Shown here: in pieces, positions 55,658 to 64,000 of the stretch
How positions within the stretch are numbered: position 1 is the stretch's first letter
Layout: every line of letters begins with the position of its first letter
Source: a virus
Length of the DNA stretch: 64,000 nucleotides
IMG/VR virus record: IMGVR_UViG_3300022602_000028
Strand: one strand, 5' to 3'
The notes under the pieces: generated by a model
Told to the model about the DNA's origin: nothing
Database searches by the model: none
The model's input: the letters and a program-made list of their open reading frames with translations, nothing else
Program-made: the position numbers and the translations under genes

Positions 55658-56581
55658 TTATAAAGTTGAACTAACAGTTGTAGGAGCGGCAACTGAAACA
55701 TTGCTACCACTAGGTGTTAATATCGTTACATTACTAGTCAATGTACCGTTGGCAGCTTCATGAATATTGCCGCCGCCAGTATAACTAAATGTTGGAGTAA
55801 AAATAATTTGAGCATTAGTACTACCAAATCTTGCATACAAATCATATTGGTTAGGACTATATGTAGGAGTATAAGCAGGATCGACTAATTTAGTAAAAAT
55901 TAATTGATCACTAGTAGTAAGGTCAAAAAATCCTTTAGCCTGAGGAGTGCCTGAGCCAGTGTTAGTCGTTGCATGGGCACCAAAATTAATCGTACCCATA
56001 TTAGTTAGCAATGTTGCCCAAGATTGATTAACGCCTAATGATCCGTCAGTAGTGTAATTAGTAAAGCTAGCACTAAATTTAACACTGCCGCCTGCATTAA
56101 AAAATGCTCGGGCATTGTTTATAGCAGAAACTACAGTCGAACCACTAGTGTATCCTGGAAAATTTAAAGTTAATGTATAACTAATTGTACTTGCCCAAGG
56201 GTTAGTTCTAACCACTGGAGCTACCGTAGGAATTAAAGAGTATTGACTGCTAGGAGGAACTACTAATCTATTAGTTGTAATTACATCTGCAAAACTATTA
56301 TATGCCGCACGATCCGCTTCTTTAATAGTAGTACTAGTTGTGGGCAAAGCTAAATTAGCACTTTGATCTGTACCAGTTTGATGCTGGCGAGCTAATAATA
56401 AATCTGTTCTTAAATTATTCCATTGAGTAACTGTAATTTTAGTGTTTAAATTATTAACTTGGCTACTCAACACTTGCTGATTATATCCGTAATCCGACGA
56501 GCCAGTACCAAGTACCAATGCAATTTTTGATTGAATTGTATTATAATCTGTTGCTACAATTAACGTTCCTTGACCTGCCAT
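55658..56581 (-). CDS. Virion structural (tail) protein
   Basis: Thr/Ser-rich 307 aa; follows tail-fibre genes; own TATAAATA promoter. Confidence 0.55.
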   Translation of the reverse strand: MAGQGTLIVATDYNTIQSKIALVLGTGSSDYGYNQQVLSSQVNNLNTKITVTQWNNLRTDLLLARQHQTGTDQSANLALPTTSTTIKEADRAAYNSFADVITTNRLVVPPSSQYSLIPTVAPVVRTNPWASTISYTLTLNFPGYTSGSTVVSAINNARAFFNAGGSVKFSASFTNYTTDGSLGVNQSWATLLTNMGTINFGAHATTNTGSGTPQAKGFFDLTTSDQLIFTKLVDPAYTPTYSPNQYDLYARFGSTNAQIIFTPTFSYTGGGNIHEAANGTLTSNVTILTPSGSNVSVAAPTTVSSTL

Positions 56582-56603
56582 AATGTACCTTTAAATTAGC
56601 TTT

Positions 56604-56611
56604 TATTTATA
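56604..56611 (-). promoter_or_regulatory. T4-type late promoter TATAAATA (exact)
   Basis: TATTTATA on the + strand, about 23 nt upstream of ATG 56581. Confidence 0.7.
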
Positions 56612-58103
56612 ATACTACAACTTCAATAACACCAGTTTCGGTGCTACCATCAAAGTCTTCTAATGCTATAGCAAAAGGAAATAGCGATATTACAGCAGTA
56701 TCATCAATATTTTGAATAGATATTGCCAAGCCGCCATTAGTTGCAAGTAATTGATCGCCTTTATTCACCGGTTGAGTAACCTTGCATGGTACTCGACCTT
56801 TAAGGGCAATATATGTTCCACCTACTAGCTCGCTATTCATCATATACGCAGGGTTAGTAGAAACAACACCAATTGGTCTTTCTCCCCAAACGCTAGCACG
56901 TACTTCGGCACTGCCACCTACTGATATTACAGTGCCTGGCTCGTATTCTTTATCTGCAAGATATTTTTCTGCTAAGTCAGCGTAATTAGCACTAGTAGCA
57001 GTACCTTGGAATAATGTAGCATTTAAATTGCCTAAATTGTCACGAACTGCAATAGTATTAATTGCACTAGCAACACTTGCAGTTCTATATGTTCCGCTAA
57101 CACTCAATGTATCAGCTTGCTGAGCAGTACTATAAATATATCCAGCGTAGATATTATTCCACTGTAACGTACTAGAACCGATATTATTAGATAATGTTAC
57201 ACCTGGAAGCATGTCCGATCCAACTAAATTTAATGGATTTTTAGTAACAGCATTAACAGTTGTTTCAAAAGCTAAAGTATCGCCTACTTGATTAATAATT
57301 GTTGGAGTAGTAGCGGCACTATTGTAAATTTTTAATTTAGCTGGAGTTGCACCTACTGTAAAACCAGCATCTCCAAACTGAACTAAACTTGAAAATACTG
57401 CATTTCCAGTTTGAATAAAATTACTTGCACTTAATCCGCCAAGGCGGTCTGAATTAGTCGATGTTCCCCAGAATCTATGATTACTTGTAGTTTGCCCTGG
57501 AAGAGAATCATTATTAGTATAGACTAAAGTAACACCTTGATGAATTGTCGAAAATCCTGTAATAGCATTAGCTGAATTGTTTAGCACAAAATCAGCATCT
57601 GAACTAATTGTGAATATTACGTTTCCGTTATCAAGAGCTTCAATAATAGGATGAGATGTACCGTTAGAATCTAACACGCTAATTGAGCGCATTTGAGTTG
57701 TTGCTGAACCAGCAACGCCTTGTGGGCCGACTAATGTAAATCCTGAACCATTATAAGAATAAAGTTGCTGGTTAACTGTATCCCACCAAAAATCACCTTG
57801 TGTCAATCCGGTAGGTTGGGTTGCAGATATCTCTGCACCGCCTGCAATTCTAAATTTACCGTTAATATCGTAAAATTTTAACTTGTTTGCACTACTATCA
57901 AACCATAATTGACCGCTAACAGGGCGAGGAGGTTGCGATGATCCGGAGAAATTTTCAAGCAAATACACAAAATTTTCGTTTTGTACTGCACCGTATCCGG
58001 CATAATTTTTGCCGATTAACTTAAGATCTAATGTAGAATCAATGGTCCCATCTGCTACTATAGCTACTTGAGTTCCATTAAATCTGTTTATGGTATATGA
58101 CAT
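56607..58103 (-). CDS. Tail fibre protein with C-terminal intramolecular chaperone-like domain
   Basis: N-terminal LIGKNYAGYG..QNENF..LLENF; C-terminal YADLAEKY...GVVSTNP...IALKGRVPCKV. Confidence 0.7.
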   Translation of the reverse strand: MSYTINRFNGTQVAIVADGTIDSTLDLKLIGKNYAGYGAVQNENFVYLLENFSGSSQPPRPVSGQLWFDSSANKLKFYDINGKFRIAGGAEISATQPTGLTQGDFWWDTVNQQLYSYNGSGFTLVGPQGVAGSATTQMRSISVLDSNGTSHPIIEALDNGNVIFTISSDADFVLNNSANAITGFSTIHQGVTLVYTNNDSLPGQTTSNHRFWGTSTNSDRLGGLSASNFIQTGNAVFSSLVQFGDAGFTVGATPAKLKIYNSAATTPTIINQVGDTLAFETTVNAVTKNPLNLVGSDMLPGVTLSNNIGSSTLQWNNIYAGYIYSTAQQADTLSVSGTYRTASVASAINTIAVRDNLGNLNATLFQGTATSANYADLAEKYLADKEYEPGTVISVGGSAEVRASVWGERPIGVVSTNPAYMMNSELVGGTYIALKGRVPCKVTQPVNKGDQLLATNGGLAISIQNIDDTAVISLFPFAIALEDFDGSTETGVIEVVVL

Positions 58104-58126
58104 TTCGCCCGTTCCTTATTCTAGTG

Positions 58127-58132
58127 TATTTA
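58127..58132 (-). promoter_or_regulatory. TAAATA late-type promoter
   Basis: About 24 nt upstream of ATG 58103. Confidence 0.55.
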
Positions 58133-58144
58133 TTCTATTTTGCA

Positions 58145-59827
58145 TCACAGTTGAGTCTGGAACGACCATGTTCCAGCTAATAACTGAAATTGTCTAACTG
58201 TTGTAGTTCCCGAATCTGTGCAAACAATCCTAGCAATGGTGTTATCTGGATGCTCTGTACTAGGAAATACCTTACTTAGATAATTACCAGCAATTTGAGC
58301 ATTAGTTAGTCCAGTTGTAGTTAAACTTAAGGCTAAAGGTGCTTTAGAAATTGCAGTATCTACGTAAGATTTGTTTGCACCGTCTGTTGTACTAATCGGT
58401 GTTGCTACGTTGGTTAAGTTAAAACTACCAAAATCTACTGTTCCAGTTCCCTTAGGAACTAGATATATTGTGCCGTTAGACTGGCTATTATTAGTATACG
58501 CTATTCTAGATTCATTTCCAGTACCGCCAATTGTCAAATAACTAACACTGACACCATTTAGTGTACCTACACTAGTTAAGCCTGGCGCACTGGTAACTAC
58601 AGATCCCAGTGCAATCGAGCCGCCACTAGTTCCAAGAACATTAAATCCGCCAATATAGTAAGATTTTCCAGCAGTTAAATTGATGTTTTCACTGCTATTC
58701 CAACTTAAATTACTTACTGCCCATTGGAAAACTTTATTTGTGTCGGCGCCGCCTGCTAGGATTAAACCACCGCCGTCTGCCGTACTATTATTAGGAGTTT
58801 GAACTTGGCCCAATGTAATATATTTGTCAGCAATATTAATTACTGTCGTACTAACAGTTAAAGTACTGCCTTTTACTGTAAGATTACCCTCTACAGTAAC
58901 ATCACCATTAACATCTAATGTACTAGTTGGAGTGTTTGTATAAATTCCAACATACTTGTTTGCACTATTAATAAACAAACTATTCTGCAATCCGCTATTA
59001 TTGAGAGTATTAATTCCAAAATTTTGATTTACAGTATTTGACTTAATCTGAAATAATGTCGATGTAGCATCTATTTCTGTGTTGGCGCCAACTCCCAACA
59101 CTAAAGGTGTGGAATTTTGAATAGTAATGGTGCCGGTTGTGCTTGAACTATCAGTTGTACTTAAAAAGTTCGCGGCAGTTTTGTGTGTTCCGTCCGGAGC
59201 CAACAAATAATCAGCTTGTGTTGTCGGTGTACTAAATTTAATTCCAGAATAATTCCCTACATTGAAACCTGCCGTTATACTACCGGTAAACCCGCCTATT
59301 GCGGTAGCCGGTGTAAAATTATCTTTACTGAATATTCCGATTAATGTTTGAGCAACATAAAGTAATAAAATTGTATGGCTTATATTGTTAATGTCTAATA
59401 CATCAGATGTACTAAACCCAGTAATACCTTGAGTAGAAGTATATATAGGTCCTGCTAGTTTTGTACTAGTACCATCATTAAAATAAAGCTGTTGGCGGGC
59501 ACTATCTATCCATAGATCGCCGGCAGTTATACTGCTAGGAACAGTATTAGATATAATTGTTCCGCCGCTAACCTTAAATACAGTGCCGTCATAAACTTTT
59601 AAACGATTTTCAGTAGTATCGAACCATAGTTGTCCAGTTATTGGACGTATCGGTTGTGTTATGTTAGCAAAATTTTCAAGTAAATTTACAAAATTATTAT
59701 CAATATAGTTTCCGTAACCGCTAGCATTTTTACCAATTAGTGTAAGATCTGTCGATGTTTGATCAAGTGTACCATCTGCAATCTGCGTTAAAGTACTTCC
59801 GTTAGTTAAAATAATTGAATATGTCAT
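58145..59827 (-). CDS. Tail fibre protein
   Basis: Same N-terminal domain (LIGKNASGYG...LLENF...GQLWFD); DGANKSYVD fibre repeat. Confidence 0.65.
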   Translation of the reverse strand: MTYSIILTNGSTLTQIADGTLDQTSTDLTLIGKNASGYGNYIDNNFVNLLENFANITQPIRPITGQLWFDTTENRLKVYDGTVFKVSGGTIISNTVPSSITAGDLWIDSARQQLYFNDGTSTKLAGPIYTSTQGITGFSTSDVLDINNISHTILLLYVAQTLIGIFSKDNFTPATAIGGFTGSITAGFNVGNYSGIKFSTPTTQADYLLAPDGTHKTAANFLSTTDSSSTTGTITIQNSTPLVLGVGANTEIDATSTLFQIKSNTVNQNFGINTLNNSGLQNSLFINSANKYVGIYTNTPTSTLDVNGDVTVEGNLTVKGSTLTVSTTVINIADKYITLGQVQTPNNSTADGGGLILAGGADTNKVFQWAVSNLSWNSSENINLTAGKSYYIGGFNVLGTSGGSIALGSVVTSAPGLTSVGTLNGVSVSYLTIGGTGNESRIAYTNNSQSNGTIYLVPKGTGTVDFGSFNLTNVATPISTTDGANKSYVDTAISKAPLALSLTTTGLTNAQIAGNYLSKVFPSTEHPDNTIARIVCTDSGTTTVRQFQLLAGTWSFQTQL

Positions 59828-62028
59828 TAAATGACTCCGGTATAGATGATATAATTAAGAGTTGCATACGGATTCATCACATTCAATGCATTTCCTAACG
59901 TAGTATTTTGATCTGGAATTACTCCTCCGCTGTTTGGAAGACCTGAACCGGTACTAAAATTAGGTAAACCATATGAAGGAATTGCTGCCGGATCAGGTAC
60001 ACCAGTTGGCAGACCTGGAGCATAATACTGCGCGGCACTACTACTTAAATTATGCTTGTGGTCTGGTAGGTTTTTAGTTGCGATTGTAACTTGCTGAGTA
60101 CCTGAACCTGTTCCTAAAGTTTTACCAGTAATATCTGAAACACGGTTAGCAGAACCACCGCCGGCATTTACTAATGTTCCAGATCCGTCCGAGCTTGGAA
60201 CTTCCTGTCCGTTATTCATATCATCTTTACCTAACGGGAATCTACCTCTAAGATCAGGTAATCCAAATGTTCCAAATCCAATTAACGAACTAGCAGGTTT
60301 ATAAGTATACCCAATTATGCTGAACAAGGTTGAATATTTTGATGTTAGAACTTCGCTGCCATCGCATAACAAATAACCTGTAGGAACTGAACTAGCAGAT
60401 CCAGCATAAGGAAAAATAACTCCTACTGGAATCTGTGGAATATGATTAAACAAGACTTGTTTAGTCATATTAATTAAACCAACAGATGGTCTGTATACTA
60501 ATAGTTGATCAGTTACTAATGAATCAGCCGCTGATTGTTTCGTTGATATAAAATCAGGGCTGATAACAGTATTTAAATAAGCGGTTCCATTAGTAGTTTG
60601 GCCAGTAAATGCTGTTCCGCCATCGCTACTAGCTACATCGCCTTGTAAAATAAATTCTGTGGCACTTGCTAGTCTTGCGGCCGATCCACTTATGCTACCT
60701 TGTAGTGTACCAGTAAAAGTTCCAGTAAAATTTCCTACAAATGTATTAGCATAAATGTTTCTAAAACTATAAGAACTGCTACCAATATCATATATGCCGG
60801 TTGTAGTTGGTAATAACGCTGATCCTGTCTGTGGGATTCCGTTCGAATCAAGCCAATTTAAATATAATTGTCCGTTAATTGTAGTGTCATCGCCTAATGC
60901 AGTTTTTTTAGCTACTTTCAAACCACCTAATGTTTGTATACTTGGACCCCCGGGATCAGTTATTCCAGTGCTTAAATCTCCTACATCATTAGTTCCGTTA
61001 ACTAATAATCTTCCAAATAAACTAGATGCAGTATCATTGCCAATGTTTACTTGGCCTATAACATCTAAGGTTGCCTGAGGGCTTGAATTATTTTTTCCTA
61101 CACCAATTTTTAAAGTAGAATCAATATATAATGCAGTATATGGCACATTTGACTGTGTAACTCTAATACTCATACTCTTATTACTAGAGTTGTTATACAG
61201 AATTCCGTTACCTGTATTATCTGTTACCAAACTAACACTTAATGCACTTCCAACTGTTATACCGCCGTTAGCTCTTACACTAATAGGAAAACTACTAACA
61301 TCTGAAATATCTTTTCTTAAAAAATTAGTAGACGCCACTGCGGATCCATTATACAATAATGAAGCTGCCTGCTGTGCAGTTCCCCATAATCCTGCACTAA
61401 GACCATCTGATGGATCTGCATCAGTACTAATTGTATATAAATTAATACCTTTATTAATTGATGCGAACCCAAGTAACGTTGACTTAGGAGTAAAAGAATC
61501 CTGACTAATGATTGCTACACGATTATTATTTGAATAAATGGTAACAACGCTATGAGAAACATTAACACTATCAATAATATTTTCAACTTGCGGGCCAGTT
61601 AAAGTACCTTGACTAAATTGAGGCCCAACTAAAACCCAATTACTACCTGTAAAAATATACAATTGGCTATTTGTAGTGTCAGTCCATAAATCTCCTGCCA
61701 CACTATTTGCCGGTGCAGGTTGTTGACTGCTTGCACTTTTCTTTACTGATCCTGCCGCAGTCCATGTAGTACCGTCATAAATTTTTAATAAATGAACACC
61801 GCTAGTATTATCATACCATAACTGACCTTCTACAGGATTGCTAGGCGCAGTATTAGACGCAAAGTTTTCTAATAAATGTAAAAAATCGTTAGCAACAATA
61901 GGAGCATAACCTGCATAATTTTTTCCAACAAATGTTAAACTAGTTTGATTATTAAGAGCTTGATCAGCTACTGTAATTGGCGGTTTAGCAGGATTTGTTG
62001 AATCAGTAAACGTAACTTGATATGGCAT
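59827..62028 (-). CDS. Tail fibre protein with phage tail collar domain
   Basis: C-terminal IPVGVIFPYAG...GYLLCDG...FGLPDLRGRF; shared N-terminal domain. Confidence 0.8.
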   Translation of the reverse strand: MPYQVTFTDSTNPAKPPITVADQALNNQTSLTFVGKNYAGYAPIVANDFLHLLENFASNTAPSNPVEGQLWYDNTSGVHLLKIYDGTTWTAAGSVKKSASSQQPAPANSVAGDLWTDTTNSQLYIFTGSNWVLVGPQFSQGTLTGPQVENIIDSVNVSHSVVTIYSNNNRVAIISQDSFTPKSTLLGFASINKGINLYTISTDADPSDGLSAGLWGTAQQAASLLYNGSAVASTNFLRKDISDVSSFPISVRANGGITVGSALSVSLVTDNTGNGILYNNSSNKSMSIRVTQSNVPYTALYIDSTLKIGVGKNNSSPQATLDVIGQVNIGNDTASSLFGRLLVNGTNDVGDLSTGITDPGGPSIQTLGGLKVAKKTALGDDTTINGQLYLNWLDSNGIPQTGSALLPTTTGIYDIGSSSYSFRNIYANTFVGNFTGTFTGTLQGSISGSAARLASATEFILQGDVASSDGGTAFTGQTTNGTAYLNTVISPDFISTKQSAADSLVTDQLLVYRPSVGLINMTKQVLFNHIPQIPVGVIFPYAGSASSVPTGYLLCDGSEVLTSKYSTLFSIIGYTYKPASSLIGFGTFGLPDLRGRFPLGKDDMNNGQEVPSSDGSGTLVNAGGGSANRVSDITGKTLGTGSGTQQVTIATKNLPDHKHNLSSSAAQYYAPGLPTGVPDPAAIPSYGLPNFSTGSGLPNSGGVIPDQNTTLGNALNVMNPYATLNYIIYTGVI

Positions 62029-62038
62029 TTGCTACCCC

Positions 62039-62656
62039 TTAAACTGACACTAGGCCAGTTAAACTTTGTAATCTCACAGTATAATCAATTTGAATAAGTC
62101 TATTAAGACTTTTTTGAACTGGATGAAAAATTACGTGAGTTAATAAAAGCGGATTGCCACTGGCGCTATAACTAACTAAACCTAGCTCGTCGAACACAAA
62201 AGTACTATTGTTATTGTTAGTATTATCAAATGCGCTCTGTCCAGAACCATTGCCATCGCCGTAATCTAATAAACAAGTTACAAATACATCACTATAGTTT
62301 GTACCAGTAACATGCCTAACTTCCATATAATTTCTAGTAGGATCAGTATTGCTAGTAGAATTTTGATTAACTATTTTAGAATAAGTTTGATTGTATAAAC
62401 TAGCATTACTTCCGCTACTGTTTGGAGTAAAATATGTAATAATTCCTGTAGGATCAATTGCAGTTCCGCCGTTGCCAAATGCCATTTGGCTAATAAATCC
62501 GCCATCAGTGTTGTTGGATAAGCTATTGGCTAATGCTGTACTAATGTTTTCGTAATGAATTGCATTACGTTTATTAATATAGATTTCTTTACTTTCAGGA
62601 TCCCATATTTTAATATGTCCCTCAATGTGGATTCCGGTTAGGTCTTTACTCTGCAT
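62039..62656 (-). CDS. Baseplate/tail structural protein
   Basis: 205 aa; FDELGL...LLTHVIFHPVQKS..RLIQIDY resembles fibre-attachment proteins; tail context. Confidence 0.5.
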   Translation of the reverse strand: MQSKDLTGIHIEGHIKIWDPESKEIYINKRNAIHYENISTALANSLSNNTDGGFISQMAFGNGGTAIDPTGIITYFTPNSSGSNASLYNQTYSKIVNQNSTSNTDPTRNYMEVRHVTGTNYSDVFVTCLLDYGDGNGSGQSAFDNTNNNNSTFVFDELGLVSYSASGNPLLLTHVIFHPVQKSLNRLIQIDYTVRLQSLTGLVSV

Positions 62657-62676
62657 GTTGGTCTCTCTTTATCTTA

Positions 62677-62682
62677 TATTTA
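62677..62682 (-). promoter_or_regulatory. TAAATA late-type promoter
   Basis: About 21 nt upstream of ATG 62656. Confidence 0.55.
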
Positions 62683-62704
62683 TGCGTATTCATTATGTGC
62701 TAGT

Positions 62705-64000
62705 TTAATCCGTTCTTGCACCGGTTGATATTCGGGGGTATGCCGGTCCATTAGGCCTAAAACCAAAATTTTGTTTAGGGTATGTTTGTCCTGTATGGAA
62801 TAATTTATAAATTTGATCAGCTTTTGGACTGCCTAATCCTGTCACAGCATCCCATCCAGCAGTGCAAACATAGCCAGTAGAGTAACCGTCTCTGTTGTTT
62901 CCAGTGGTTACGTCGTTGAATAGTGTTGTGCTGTTAGCATAAAATGTTGTCATATTAAAGGGTATTCGATAACCTAATAGTTGTGTTAGGCGCACCCATA
63001 GGCCTGCAAGAAATGGAGCGGCAGCACTGGTACCTCCATACTGTACTTGTGATCCTTGCGCACTACTTGTGCCGCCAATATAAAATTGATACCCTGTGTT
63101 AGGATCAGCAGGAGCACTCCAATCAGGAACACCTCTGTAAGGCAACGAAGTTGGAGTTCCCAATCCTGATGAGTTAGATCCTGTAGTAGTCGTATATGTT
63201 AGTCCAGACTGCCAACTTGGAACTGCAACACTGGAACTATGTCCTCCACCAGTTGCTCCGTTATGATTTGATCCGTTTGAACCTTGACCAGTGCCAGCAC
63301 TATCTCCCCATGCTACTTCGGCCGTAAGTGCATTAGATCCGTTAAGTGTTACATTTGTGCCGCCTGCTGATACAATGTATTGACTACAAACTGTTGCTGC
63401 CATACTTAAATTAACTGCGCCGCTATCGCCTGCACTGACAAAAAATGTTATTCCCTTAACAGTGCCTGATTGAAACGCTGTATCATAACTGGTAGTATCG
63501 CCTAGGCCCCAACTGATACTTAATACGCTAGGATTGTTTGTGGTATCGTTTACTGCGGCATTAATAACATCTGTTATACTTCCGCCGTTTTGTCCAATAT
63601 AATAAACTATTTTTGCTTTAGGTGCGGCAGCTCCGGCACAGTATATATCTAGCATGCTTTCAGCAGTTGATGTAGAATTTACAGTTACTCCATCTACAAT
63701 TACTGTAGTTATAGAGGGAGAAGTTAAACCAATTCTACTAAAACTAGCAGTAACATCAGGTTGTTGCCAACCTTCCGGACTTCCGCTATATGTTAACTCG
63801 AATATACCGATACATCCCCCGTAGCCATCTCCGGCAGGAGCATTGTAGGCAGTACACATCTGCACTGGAGTAACTGCTGATCCTCCATATGAACTTCCTA
63901 ATTCAGGATGAGATGCATCATGTTGAACTGCATGATTAGTTGCAATAAAACTTTGATCAAATCCAAATAAATCTCTTACTGCTGGAGAAATTTCTGCAGG
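62705..64000 (-). CDS. Sedolisin/kumamolisin-like serine-carboxyl peptidase (S53), 5'-truncated by the window edge
   Basis: ESMLDI (Glu/Asp), SAGDSG, GGTSAAAP (Ser), GWDAVTGLGSP Ca site; frame is open to base 64000. Confidence 0.88.
   Translation of the reverse strand, partial: PAEISPAVRDLFGFDQSFIATNHAVQHDASHPELGSSYGGSAVTPVQMCTAYNAPAGDGYGGCIGIFELTYSGSPEGWQQPDVTASFSRIGLTSPSITTVIVDGVTVNSTSTAESMLDIYCAGAAAPKAKIVYYIGQNGGSITDVINAAVNDTTNNPSVLSISWGLGDTTSYDTAFQSGTVKGITFFVSAGDSGAVNLSMAATVCSQYIVSAGGTNVTLNGSNALTAEVAWGDSAGTGQGSNGSNHNGATGGGHSSSVAVPSWQSGLTYTTTTGSNSSGLGTPTSLPYRGVPDWSAPADPNTGYQFYIGGTSSAQGSQVQYGGTSAAAPFLAGLWVRLTQLLGYRIPFNMTTFYANSTTLFNDVTTGNNRDGYSTGYVCTAGWDAVTGLGSPKADQIYKLFHTGQTYPKQNFGFRPNGPAYPRISTGARTD

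Noticed and set aside
3315-61504. Many short opposite-strand or alternate-frame ORFs in the track (e.g. 11883-12179, 14866-15093, 29943-30362, 44511-45032)
   Set aside because: They lie wholly inside well-supported genes, lack RBS or motifs, and are shadows of codon bias
1-64000. Stop-codon recoding, tRNA genes, introns, inteins, DGR
   Set aside because: Long conserved genes are intact in the standard code and TAA, TGA and TAG all occur as stops; no cloverleaf, splice or intein motifs, or reverse transcriptase were recognised by eye (tRNAscan would be definitive)

Overview
A 64-kb, AT-rich stretch of a large lytic dsDNA tailed-phage genome with T4-superfamily-like organisation, standard genetic code and probably a Gram-negative host (two-component spanin). 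In order: (1) baseplate/tail genes (1-4.4 kb); (2) a DnaE fragment, GroES, a MazG-like enzyme, a clamp loader and PhoH; (3) a lysis cassette (GH19 endolysin, i/o-spanin, 3-TM holin with an FG-repeat tail); (4) a 2OG-oxygenase-DnaJ-peptide deformylase-ClpA operon; (5) a ~10-kb late cluster (17.4-27.4 kb) of probable internal head proteins with capsid-targeting-like N-termini, including a KxDG and an HxGH nucleotidyltransferase, a tandem paralogue triad, Dps and a LysM protein; (6) DsbA, family-B DNA polymerase and sliding clamp, interleaved with a 13-kb cluster combining 7-deazaguanine genes (TGT/DpdA-like, FolE, QueE, QueD paralogue) with nucleotide-sugar oxidoreductases, a glycosyltransferase, a PRTase, a cupin and a 2OG-oxygenase; (7) RNase H, a MoxR/vWA pair and ThyX; (8) on the minus strand, four GT-A-like glycosyltransferases, tail-fibre paralogues and a sedolisin (S53) peptidase cut by the window edge. 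Best candidate for an undescribed system: the deazaguanine-plus-sugar cluster (possible glycosylated deazapurine DNA modification). Second: the packaged internal-protein cluster. Sigma70-type and TAAATA late-type promoters are frequent and often overlap hairpins. No tRNA, rRNA, CRISPR array, intron, intein or IS was seen. Two ORF-track strand labels are wrong: PhoH 7507-8226 is minus and 42344-42691 is plus. All homology calls come from motif recognition by eye, with no database searches.
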